Under the pieces are notes generated by a model. It was not told the origin of the DNA, made no database searches, and worked only from the letters and a program-made list of their open reading frames with translations. From positions 17,918,001 to 17,982,000 of the forward strand of contig JBHGNT010000004.1 of the NCBI GenBank assembly GCA_043228905.1: a stretch of 64,000 nucleotides of DNA. Direction: 5' to 3'. A program made the translations under genes and the position numbers. Positions 26,429 to 38,134 of the stretch are shown here, one piece after another. This DNA comes from Azolla caroliniana. Lineage: Eukaryota; Plantae; Polypodiophyta. Numbering within the stretch: the first letter of the stretch is position 1; each line of letters opens with the position of its first letter.

Positions 26429-28560
26429 TATATTGGTTTGGTTCAAGCTGGGGATTGTTTTACTACATGATCGGAAACTTTGTAAATTTGTTTTGGATGT
26501 AAACTCACGAATATGTATAATTGTAACTGGTAGACATGTTGTACATTATTTTGTAATTTTGGTGATGTATTTTTGGAGGCATTTTACTTATGACTCAAAG
26601 TGGTAGTCATGTTGAAATTCAATATATTTTGCCACCTTTTCTGAAAAGCTTTACGCATGCGTCATGTCTTTTTGAAAACTGCGTGCTTTTGTGCCCTTTT
26701 TCGACGTAGTGTTCTCATAATGCGACATATTACTTGTTTCAAATGACCCGGTGTTTACATATGTTTGTACACAAAGACTATTTTGGTGTGCATCCATGTA
26801 GACCCCTATTCACACACAGTCGGTGGGGTTTCTCCTAATATTCGGAATCCTCCACGACACCGGACTATTGTTGTCCCTCTCCCTAATAGCCTGAATTAAA
26901 AATCATCCATTAGATTCTTTCCCTAAGCTATGCCTATTTCTTTCATGGTTTGGTCACATGGTTAGGAATTGAACCGATCTTGTCCCATCTCTAGTTCATA
27001 TCCATGCATATGCCGAACCATTATCGACTACTTTTGTCTCCATCTGGGATGTTGTAATGTAGGGCTTACCAAGGATGACGGGATGTGACACCGACTCTTG
27101 CACATAGAAGTGTTGGTCATGTTTGACGTTGCAAATAGGTACCTTAACATTAGGGCAGGCCACATGAAGCTCTTCCATCACCCTTGTTGCCGCTTGAACC
27201 TTCCACCCATGTCTAGTATTAATGGGCCAGCGACCATTCCGGTAGAAGTCAAGAGACATGAGGTTGATCTCTAAGCCACGATCAATCATCAGCACCATCG
27301 GATCTTTCAAGTCTCCCATCCACACTGGTGTCTCGATAGTGGCTCTAGCCCAATGTGGCCTCGCAAAATGGCTATCCACAAATTCTTGTTCAACTTCGAG
27401 ACCTTCCGTTGTGATAGCACTCGTTGAGACATTTGTCGATCTAGCTCCTTCTTCAGTTGTCGTCAGTCTCTTCCTTTTCATTAAGTCAACGATGACATCA
27501 TGAAATTCTTTCTTTGCAATTCCTAGGATCTCCCGTCGTGTGAACTCAATTCGGCTATCCAGGATCTTTTCTTCCATTACACGCTTAAGGTCGGTGGGTT
27601 GCTCTATTTCTGGTCGCAACTTGAGTGTTGGACTTGTTTTTTCTTTCCCCTTTTTCAAACATCGTCCGAGATAGTGATGACTCTTCTGTTCTTTGAACAA
27701 CTTCCCTTGTTTCATGCCGCCTTGAAGAGCTTGCTTGGTCACTTGGTTTTTTTCGTTTCTCTTCAACTAGGATGTCATAGGTTTAGCACCTGGTCTCCAC
27801 GAAGCTAGACTTCTCCTCCATGGGGTCCTCCCATCCTGTCATTGCTTGGACTCCTTGTTCTGCTTTGAATGCCTCGTTCATGTAGAGCGTCCCTTTCCCG
27901 ACTTGGTTCAATATGATCAGCCAAAATTCTCCTACTTGAGACTCTCGGGCTCTTGTCTCTTGTCTCATGTCCAACTCAAATTCCGACGGATGAGGAATAA
28001 TAAACACTATTCACTTTGGTTTCTTCCAATTCCTCCATCAACTTCTTCATACCTCCTCGACCGAAGTTGGTGTTCAGAGGACGTTGTGACACCGAGGAGT
28101 GAATACGATTCTTGACGAGATAAATGATATCTCGTCGGAGGGCATTTTCGAATTCGGAGCAATCTCTCCGTTGGTGTTCCGAAGAGTCACACCAAATACA
28201 CCTGTGGAGAAAGTCCAAGCGACAACCCAGAAAATTTTGATTTTCTTTCTTTCTAATTTGAGAAATTCTCATCTCTCAAAGCATGTCTGCAAGTTCATCT
28301 ATTGTGGCTCCACTCGTGCGCTGACTCACTTCGTCATTCCTCGGTCTTCGGACTTGTGGTTCTTGTCTTTTGTTATGAGTTTGCCGAACAATCTCAACTA
28401 CAACACTCAATCTTGTCTCGTTGTCCCATTGTCGATGCTTATCAAAACGTCAACACGCTCTCTTCATTGTTGTCCAATCATAAATGAGGCCTTCATCATT
28501 TTCCAGCAGTAATTCAAGATCTCTCCGAACTTCCACATCTACTGCCTTAATAAATAGGAG

Positions 28561-30424
28561 TGCCACATTGTAGACTTGAACCTCTAACTTTTAAGACACA
28601 TAGTACATTGTGTTGTGTTAACCATATGGAAACTCTTGTGAACTGTCCACATTTGATTGTGAACTTGTATATATTGTAGAGTCTAGTGTATAGTACATTC
28701 GAGAATTATATTCTAGTTGTCAATATATCATCATTTTCAGCACCTCTTCGCCCAACCATCATCATCATCAACACTAATTGTCATCATTTTTAGGTATCAT
28801 TTTGCATCACGGTTTTGGTTAGGAGTGCTTTCGATCACTCATTTTCCCAATTCCAGTGGGGGTCACAACCGCTCACTTTCCTGGTGGGGATCGGATCATT
28901 GCTCGCTTGCACTGCATTTTCGTTATAGTTCAAGTCTCGCACCACTTTCTGTTGGCGAGGACCGATTTCGATCTCTCACCTTCCCAGTTCCGGTGGGGGT
29001 CACAACCACTCACTTTCCTGGCGGGAATCGCATAGGTTTCTCGCTAGCGCTACCGTTTGTGCTGTGTCTTGGGTCAACCTCGACTATTTACCATCTCAGA
29101 ATGGAAGAAGTCGAGTCGACTGCTTCACTTGCACTCCTTTGCCCATTGTTGTTCCAGTTCTCGGTGAGGGCCGCATGGTTGCTCACGCCCGTTCGTGTTC
29201 AGATCTCAGTGAGGGCCGCATGGTCACTCACGTTTGTTCGTGTTCCGTTCTCAGTGAGGGCCGCGTGGTTGCTCACGCCCGTTCGTGTTTAGTTCTCGAT
29301 TAGGGCCGCATGGTCTCTCACATCTGTTCGTGTTCCACTTCTTGGTGACGACCACATGGTCGCTCACGCCCGTTGGTGTTCATGTTCCAACTCTCAGCGA
29401 GGACCAACATGGTCTCTCATGCCTGTTGGTGTTCATGTTCCCTATGAGGACCGCACTTGGTCACTCACACCCGTTGGTATTCATGTTCTAGTCTTTGGTG
29501 AGGACCCCACATGGTCACTCATGCCTACTAATGTTCATGTTCCAGTTCCCCGTGAGGACCACACATGGTCGCTCATGCCTGTTGGTGGTCGTGTTCCAAC
29601 TCTCGACGAGGACCGACATGGTCACTCATGCCTACTAATGTTCATGTTCCAGTTCCCTGTGAGGAACACACATGGTCACTCACGCCCGTCGGTATTCGTG
29701 TTCCAATTCCTGATGAGGACTGCACATGGTCGCTCATGCCCATTGGTGTACATGATCCCCATGAGGACCACACATGATCGCTCATGCCCATTGGTGTTCA
29801 ATACCTCGTCTTCTGGAATTGTTACTCCTTGTCTAGGATTTACAAAATACTTTGGAGGTGGTCTAAGATGAAAATCAACAATATCCCCTTAAGCTAAGGG
29901 GAAGGTGGCGTAAGGGGGGGGATAATGTCACATTCTAGACTCGAACCTCTGACTTTTAAGACACACAATACATTATGTTGTGTTTAGCCATATGGAATCT
30001 CTTGTGAATTGTCCATATTCAATTGTAAACTTGTGTATATCATAGAGTCTAGTGTATAGTACATTCGAGAATATTCTAGTCGTTAGTATATTCTAGAATT
30101 ATTTTGTGGTATATTCTAACTAGGTATATTCTCGGGATATTTCTTGAGTATATTCCATAGATATTCAATCTCGTAAATTGTATAAATACTTGTAACATCC
30201 TTGGTCCCTTTCAAGGGATTCAACACCAGTCATTGACACATCAATCTAGTATTCTCGTTTCACCTCATCTTTGTCTCCTTGATCTTTATGTCTGTCTTCA
30301 TGGCCTCATGTCGCTCACAACATCTAGAGTTCCTAGCCTCATCACATCTAGCTCCAAGTTCATCTGTCTCTTGTACCCCATCATTTGTGCTCCGTCCTAG
30401 TCCACGCTTAGTGTGTCCGTGACA
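28561..30424 (+). mobile_element. Non-autonomous LTR element A with internal hairpin-repeat array
   Basis: Perfect TSD AGGAG at 28556-28560 and 30425-30429. Truncated 5' LTR 28561-~28716, 3' LTR 29926-30424, PPT just before 29926. No coding domains. Confidence 0.9.
29150..29800 (+). repeat. Tandem array of ~45-60 bp units with GTGAG-GACC-loop-GGTC-G-CTCAC hairpin
   Basis: Read directly; the same unit occurs at 33935-34605 and 36425-36730. Confidence 0.9.
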
Positions 30425-30940
30425 AGGAGCACCTTGCTAGAATCCAGAACCGTTTGGTCAAGTGCAGGCAAACGATCAAATCTTTGCTCAAATTCATGGA
30501 GCCTCACACTCGCATTCGACTCTTTGTATGTAGACTCCACCCAGTCCATTAAATCCTTCTTTGTCATTTGAGATGAGTCACCAAACCCAAATTCTTCAAG
30601 TAAACTTCGTTTGAAAGATGACCATTCCGGATTTGTCTCTTGTAGCTATAGGACCTGGGAGTAAAGACTTCCAGTTATAGTCCTCAAGAAGCTTGCCACT
30701 TGTCTTGCCACGGGAATACCCTTTATCCAAATTTCTATTTTGTAGGCTTCAAGGTATTGTGTCACATCTTTCCCGTCAAAGCACCTATTGGCATCCATGA
30801 TCCTATCGATGGCCATGTCAAGGCCTGTGACGTTATCTCTCACTTGAAGCATCTGGTCCATCATTCTCGCCATTGCTTGTACTAGAATATCATTCGAATC
30901 TCTGATGTTTGAAGGTTTGGCCATGCTCCCCTGCCACTCT

Positions 30941-30958
30941 TTCACGCCGGGTTCACCA
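30941..30958 (-). other. Primer binding site complementary to the tRNA-Trp 3' end
   Basis: Minus strand TGGTGAACCCGGCGTGAA, versus the recalled plant tRNA-Trp 3' end TTCACGTCGGGTTCACCA (one mismatch). Confidence 0.75.
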
Positions 30959-30967
30959 AAAAAGAGA

Positions 30968-31267
30968 TGTCACGAAGAGGTTACAAGGAGGTTACAAGTA
31001 TTTATACAAGTTCTAAGATTGAGTATATCTAGAATATACCTGGAAAATATCTCTAGAATATACCCATCTAGAATACACCATAGAAAATTTCTAGAATACA
31101 CTAAAGGCTCTAGAATTTTTTGGAATGTATATATGCTAGAATATACAATATTCTATTATATACAAATACATGCTCATATCCAAATGGTTGAGCATAATGT
31201 CTTGTAGACCTAAGGTTGCAGGTTCAATCCTAACTAAATTTGTATTTGACATCACTGTGTTGTGACA
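30968..31267 (-). mobile_element. Internally deleted LTR of the same family as element C, with tRNA-Thr(UGU)-like module
   Basis: The reverse complement aligns with 36028-36310. TGTCA termini. Flanks do not form a TSD. Confidence 0.8.
31172..31235 (+). other. Degenerate tRNA-like module (Thr UGU-like) inside LTR
   Basis: ...ATGGTTGAGCATAATGTCTTGTAGACCTAAGGTTGCAGGTTCAATCC: D-loop GG, CT-TGT-A anticodon loop, AAGGT variable region, GGTTCAATCC B box. Not a complete tRNA gene. Confidence 0.6.
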
Positions 31268-33042
31268 AGGACAAGCAGAAAGAATTGGTCGAAACACCAC
31301 TTGAACGACAACGTTTAAAGTCGATCAAGTGTCTTTTGCACACATTGCAGAAAGACCGGTCACAACGTTTCCAATTGTTGGTCTATAAAAAGACAAGAGA
31401 ATGGTCGGTGATTCGATCAGGCACAAGGACAATCCAATGAACAATTCTCTAACCGGCAACCAAATCAATGTTGTCGAATCCCAATCGAGAGAAATCCTCT
31501 CTTTGGAGGGGTCGTTGTCCAGTGAAGTCCTATACAACACGCAAGGCGCGCAAACATGGTTGTTGGACTCAGGCGCCACATTTCACGTGCCCCCAACATC
31601 GAATGTTTTTCGGATTATTAGACCAGAGCCAATGGCACAGTTTGACTAGGCATTGGGCAGGAGTGTGTAATCACAAGGATCAATGAAGTCCCTATTCAAT
31701 TGTCGAATGGAAAAACTATCACCCTGCACCAAGTCCTGCGATGAAGAGCAGTCTGGTCTCCATCGGCATGCTAGCCAAAGCCGGGTATCGAACTATTCGA
31801 AGTGAGTCTTCATGGATGATCAGCTGAGGATACATGAAAATTGGGTGCGGACGCAAGTACAATAACTTGTATCCGTTGATGGCAATCAATCTAGAGGGCA
31901 CAATGAACATAGCTAAATCATAGGATTCGAACCTATGACATGACCAACTTAGCCATATGTCTTAAGCCACACTAGATCAACTGATGGTGATTGGTGACAT
32001 CCCAAAACTCTAGACAAAGACAGACTTCTATAAGCATTGTCGTTACAGGAAACAAATCTGAAGTCCCCACTCTCTTGATTACGAGACGGTACGACAACCC
32101 CTAGAACTGGTCCACACAAATATATATGGGCCGATGCCTGAAAGGTCACTAGGAGGCTCCTGGTACTTCATCACATTCGTAGATGTCTGTACACGGAAGT
32201 TCTAGGTTTACTTGATTAGGTCAAAAGACAAAGTGCTCGAGGTCTTCTCTCGGTGGTTAGCCAAAGTGAAGAACCGATCAGGACACCGAGTGAAGACTCT
32301 CCGGTCTGACAATGGCGGTGAATACACCTCTTGAGTGTTCAAACAATACCTATATAAAAAGGGGATGTGGCACCAAAAGAATATGCTCTATAATCCCATA
32401 CAAAATGGTGTGGTCGAACGGATCAACCGGACGAGCCAAGAGAGAGTGATGAAAATGCTCCAACAATCTGGACTAAAGCCAGAATTCTGGGTTGAGACAC
32501 AACAGAAGGATGTCTACGTGATAAATCTATTGCCATCGAGAGCAGTGCTGCTTGAAGTGCCACAGGCACTATGGTCTGGCAAACAACCGACCTACGATAG
32601 GCTACGTAGATTATGATATGATGCCTATGCCTTCATACCAAGGGAGAAAAGGACCAAGTTGGCACCCCATTTGACAAAATGCATATTTCTTAGTTATGGA
32701 ACTGATGGGGAATTCGACTACAGGCTATGGGATCCAAAGAACTGGAAACTGATACGAAGTAGCAATGTAATCTTCAATGAAGACTCAATACTCTCCAACC
32801 CATCCCAATCAAAAAAGTTTGCAAAAAGGTCTCATTTGAGCTTGATAGATTGGTCGTAGAAGGGCCGACCGATTGGGCCAAATCGGAGATTCAACATTCA
32901 GTCGAAATTGATTGATCCACCAACCCCCTTGTAAAATCCCCAAGAATGGTCCAACGGTCGACTTCGAATCGGCTGAAAGATTGACCTGAGCCAAATTGGC
33001 ATAAATGACCACCGGTCAATCCGAACCGGCAAAGACACCAAC

Positions 33043-35092
33043 TGTCATAGACGTGACAACGGATATGTCAAGATTCAAACTCTTGATTGCTTGTATTATA
33101 GTCAAGTAGTATATTGTAACCAACACATCCAAGTACATGGTCATGTTATCCTTCATCGTCATCACCCTTTCAAGGCATTCAACACCAGTCATTGACACAT
33201 CAATATAGTATTCTTGTTTCATTCCATCTTGTCTCCTTCATCTCTGTCTTCATGCTCATGTGTAGTTCCCAACTTCTAAAGTTTGAATCCGTGCTTAGCC
33301 CCATCACCGTGCTTCGTCCTAGTCAGAGCTTGTTGTGTCCTAGTCAGAGCTTGTTGTGTCTGTGACAATTTGAATCCCTTCCAACTGGAAGCATCACTCG
33401 TCTTCGTCATCACCCTCGCTTCTAGAGTTATCATTGTCACCGTCATTAACATCCTTGTCTTCGATATCATCATTTTCAGCACCTCTTCGCCCAACCTTTA
33501 TCGTCATCAACACTGTTTCACACGGTCTTCCTTATAATCATTGTTCCCCTTTCTTCATTGTCATTGTTATGATTTATATGTATCATTTTGCATCACGATT
33601 TTGGTGAGGATTGCTTTCGATCGCTCACCTTCCTAGTTCCGGTGGGGGTTACAACCGCTCACTTTCCTGGTGGGGATCGAATTATCGCTCGCTTGCACTC
33701 CATTTTAATTTTAGTTCAGGTCTCGCGCCACTTTCCTTTGGCAAGGACCAATTTCGATCGCTCACCTTCTAGTTTTGGTTGGGGTCACAACCGCTCACTT
33801 TCCTGGTGGGGATTGTGTTGGTTTCTCACTAGCGCTACCGTTTGTACTATGTTTTGGGTCAGCCTCAACTATTTACCCTCTCATAATAGAAGAAGTCGAG
33901 TTGACCACTTCACTTGCACTCCTACTCCCGTTTGTGTTCGAGTTCCCGATGAGGGCCGCATGGTCGCTCACGCCCATTCATGTTCGAGTTCCTGGTCAGG
34001 GCCATATGGTCCCTCACTCTTGTTCGTGTTCAAGTTCCCGGTGAGGGCTGCATGGTCGCACACTCCCGTTCATGTTCTAGTTCCCGGTGTGGACCGCATG
34101 GTCGCTCACACCCATTCGTGTTCCAGTTCTAGTTCTCAGTGACGATCGCATGGTCGCTCGCGTCCATTCGTGTTTGTGTTCTAGGTGAGGGTCGCACATG
34201 GTTTCTCACGGCCGTTGGTGTTCTCGATGAAGACCACACATGGTCGCTTACGCTCGTGGGTATTCCAATTTCCGGTGAGGGACGCATATGGTGACTCATG
34301 CACATTGGTATTCATGTTCCAGTTCCAGTTCCTGATGAGGATCATGTGCACGGTTCCAGCAATGGATGCACATGGTCGCTTATGCCCATTGGTATTCATG
34401 TTCTAGTTCTCGTTCCCGGTGAGGACCGCACATGATCACTCACACCTATTTGTGTTCCAGTTCCAGTTCCCGATGAGGACTGCACATGGTCTCTCACGCC
34501 CGTTTGTGTTCCAGTTCTAGTTCCCGGTGAGGATCGCACATGGTCACTCGTGTCCGTTGGCATTCATGTCTTTTGTGAGGACAACACATGTTCACTCGCG
34601 CCCGTCATTGAACTTCCTCCGCACCCCCACATCATGCTTTTGAAAAGGCGGCCGTAAAGGGGATGATAATGTCATAGACGTGACAACGGATATGTCAAGA
34701 TTCAAACTCTTGATTGCTTGTATTATAATCAAGTAATATATTGTAACCAACACTTCCAAGTACATGGTCATGTTATATATCTTCGTAGGTTTCTATTTAT
34801 GTTCTAGGAATTTTTAGAAAGTTCTAGAATTAGAAGGTTTGAGAGGGTTCTAGAATATTCTCCAAAATATTCTCTAGCTCACAATATAAATACTTGTAAC
34901 CTCCTTGCTCCCTTTCAAGGGATTCAACACCAGTCATTGACACATCAATATAGTATTCTTGTTTCATTCCATCTTGTCTCCTTCATCTCTGTCTTCATGC
35001 TCATGTGTAGTTCCCAACTTCTGAAGTTTGAATCCGTGCTTAGCCCCATCATCCGTGCTTCATCCTAATCGAAGCTTGTTGTGTCCGTGACA
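33043..35092 (+). mobile_element. Non-autonomous LTR element B with self-priming-type PBS and hairpin array
   Basis: Perfect TSD CCAAC at 33038-33042 and 35093-35097. LTRs 33043-33367 (internally deleted) and 34670-35092. PBS 33370-33380, PPT before 34670. Confidence 0.93.
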
Positions 35093-37299
35093 CCAACGAC
35101 ATGGTCAATCACTCCCGTGGAAGATGTGGATCCGACACTGATGCAAGAAAATTGCCATCACGGATCTCCCCCCTCCCCAATCTCCTTGCAACAATGGTTC
35201 AACTAATGCCAGTCGGACGTGCAAGCTGTTTGAAGAATCCGAACCAACAATAATGACACCAAGGAGATAAGGATGAGTCTGAAAGCCGATTGAATTCTAT
35301 CAAACGGGCTTGGACTACGTCAACTACATGGATGTAGGTGAACCTAGTTCCTATGAGGAAGCCATCGCCACACCAAACATCGACACATGGCTACAAGCCA
35401 TGCGATCCAAGATGGACTCGATCAAGGAAATTAAAACATGGGAGCTAGTCGTACTACCAGCCGGAAGGAATCCGCTACCATGCAAATGGGTCTACCGATA
35501 CAAGTATGTATCCGGTTCGGAATGACCCAACTACAAAGCTCGACTCATCACCAAAGGGTTCAAGCAAGAAAATGGGGTTGACTATGATGATATCTTCTTG
35601 CTGGTAGTCAAAATGACCACCCTCCAGCTCTTATTTGGGGTCATGGAAATGGAAGACCTAGAGCTTGAATAGTTGGATGTCAAGACGGCCTTCCTACATG
35701 GAAAACATCTACATGTCTCAACCGGTAGGTTTGGCGACGACGAAGGAGTAAGGTTACCTCATCTGCAAGTTGAAGAAGAGCCTATATGGCCTCAAGCAAG
35801 CACTAACAATGTGATATTAGAAGTTCAATACTTGCTTCTAGCAGCTCAGTTATAGCTCGACATGTATATTCGGCAATTGGTCGACGAGTCCTGGATCTAT
35901 CTGATCCGGTATGTCAATGCTAATTGCAGGGAGAAATCAAACAAAAATCAGAACAAGACTGAAGCGGGCCCTTCACAATAAATTCTTGATGAAGGAACTC
36001 AGACAAGGCCGACATATCTTGTGTATGTGTCACGATATAATGACGTCAAATACATAGTTAGTAAGTATTGAACCTGCAACCTCACATCTACAAGATATCA
36101 TGCTCAACCATCTAATTATGAGCATATATTTGTATATAATAGAATATTGTATATTCTAGCATATATACATTCCAGAAGATTCTAGAGCCTTTAGTGTATT
36201 CTAGAAATATTCTATGGTGTATTCTAGATGGGTATATTCTAGAGATATTTGTCAAGTATATTCTAGAGATACTCAACCTTAGAACTTGTATAAATACTTG
36301 TAACCTCCTTGGTCCCTTCCAAGGGATTTAACACCCATTCAATCTAGAGATACTCAATCTTAGAACTTGTATAAGTACTTGTAACCTCCTTGGTCCCTTT
36401 CAAGGCAATTACGTACTCGAATGCGTAGCTCGTGTTTGAGTTCCCTGTGAGGACCGCATGGTCGCTCACACCCATTCGTGTTCCCAGTGAGGGTCGCATG
36501 GTCATTCACGTGCATTCTTGTTCGAGTTCCCAGTGAGGGTCGTACATGATCGCTCATGCCCGTTCGTGTTCAAGTTCCTAGTGAGGGCCACATGGTCGCT
36601 CACTCTTGTTCGTGTTCGAGTTCCTAATGAGGGACACATGGTCGCTCATGCCCGCCCATGTTCCCAATGAGGATGACACATGGTCGTTCACGTTTGTTGG
36701 TGTTCTAGTCTTCGGTGAGGGCCACACATGGAAAAGGCGGCCGTAAAGGGGAGGATAATATCACGACATAGTGCCGTCAAATACATAGTTAGTGAGGATT
36801 GAACCTACAACCTCACATCTACAAGACATCATGTTCAACAATCTAGATATGAGCATATATTTGTGTATAATACATAGAGTTTGTATATTCTAGCAGGGTC
36901 GAAGCATGCTAGGGTGTACCAAAAAAGTATTGTTTTTGGCCAAAAAAAACATAGTATTGTTAGTACTAATTAATTATAGAAAAGTTTTAAAAAAATCGAA
37001 AACATTTAAAATCTTTTTACGGAGTGGGGTGGGGGTAGTACACGTTGCATTTAAGTCAAGGAAGGGGGGGAGATAGTTGTTGCGCATTCAGGACTGATTT
37101 GGGGGCGATTTCCCCCTCACATTAATTGATTTTGGCGCTTCTCACCATTTTGGCGTCTCCTCTTCCTCCTTCCAACCAAGCCCATCTCAGATTCGACTAG
37201 TGTATTGTTCTCTTCATCTCAAGTATTTGCAACAAGTGAATGTCCCCAAAATTTTGTTGTTCTTTGCGTCACTCATCTTCCCCATCTTTTGCTTCCCTC

Positions 37300-37430
37300 A
37301 ATATGTCTTCTCTTTCCCTCGATATGTCGTCTCCTTCCCTCGGTATGTCATCGCCTTCCCTCGGTATGTTGTCTCCTTCCCTCGGTATGTCTTCTCCTTA
37401 CCTTGGTATATCTTCTTCTTCACTTGGTAT
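37300..37430. repeat. 21-bp minisatellite (CCCTCGGTATGTCGTCTCCTT)
   Basis: About 5-6 tandem copies. Confidence 0.85.
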
Positions 37431-38134
37431 AACTCTTACATTTCTATAACATAAGTTCTCTAGTGTTTATCTGAGCTATTATTTATGGCGTAGGTTATTT
37501 CAAAACAGTTTATCCTTTCGAATGCAAAATTTAAGATTTATTTATGCTGAAAAGATTACGTGTTCATCGTCATCATGATTATTATTGTCATTATCATGTC
37601 CATCTACTTGCTCATCGTTACCATATTATGTTGATCATATTGTTATTTGTATTATTTCCTGATCTTAATGGAATGATAGTCTTCTGCCAATGATGTCATG
37701 CACATGTGTTCTACACCTAAAACCTGACTTTTATATTAGCCTAATGTTATGGTCAAACTAATAATTTAGGTAAGTGTTCTAGAAGAGATAACAACATAGA
37801 AATATGAAATTCAATGTATCTGATGAAAATGAAAAATGTGCATATGTTTTTTGTGATACTTTAGTCTAATGTTTTAGATTGTCTAAAGCCGTGGTTTTAT
37901 GGTTTAGATTTGGTTCATTTTAGGTTATCCATTTCAGAATGGTCTAACTTAAATGATGGTTGTCTTTCTTAGTACTGTATTGGTTTGTTAAAGGATTATA
38001 TGAGTGTGGCATTATCGTACATGTTTATCCGAAAACTGGTTGATGTTTATGCTATGGCATATTAAGTATGTTTATTCTAAGATGTATTAAGCACTTATTT
38101 TGATTAATTAGGTATTGAAATAACAAGAAATTAG

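Larger units (their letters stand above)
19068..26755. mobile_element. Sola1-like DNA transposon carrying a methyltransferase cargo gene
   Basis: 37-bp TIRs (19068-19104 and 26719-26755, 34/37 identical). Perfect 4-bp TSD TACA at 19064-19067 and 26756-26759; an alternative reading is an 8-bp 7/8 TSD with CACC...GGTG ends. Two divergent genes inside. Confidence 0.88.
18350..30967 (-). mobile_element. Ty3/Gypsy-type gag-protease element (no RT/integrase seen), interrupted by the Sola1-like transposon and non-autonomous LTR element A
   Basis: gag start 30646-30945 (FDGKDVTQYL), zinc knuckle CIWCDSSEHQRRDC (ORF 27976-28272), aspartic protease remnant MIDRGLEINLM (ORF 26996-27766), tRNA-Trp PBS at 30941-30958. 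The left (3') boundary is uncertain. Confidence 0.7.

Noticed and set aside
29705-29740. Hammerhead ribozyme / retrozyme (CTGATGAG followed by a stem)
   Set aside because: CTGATGA occurs in only a few units, and the required GAAA after stem II is absent (GCTC instead).
29761-29776. Similarity of the unit to the MS2 operator (ATGAGGAYCACMCATG)
   Set aside because: Short match that is probably chance; the pairing register of the repeat hairpin differs from MS2.
29150-29800. CRISPR-like array (palindromic repeats with intervening sequence)
   Set aside because: The linkers are themselves homologous rather than unique spacers. There are no cas genes and the context is a eukaryotic retroelement.
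31172-31235. Bona fide tRNA genes in LTRs
   Set aside because: Acceptor, anticodon and T stems are only partly paired, so these are reported as tRNA-like modules instead.
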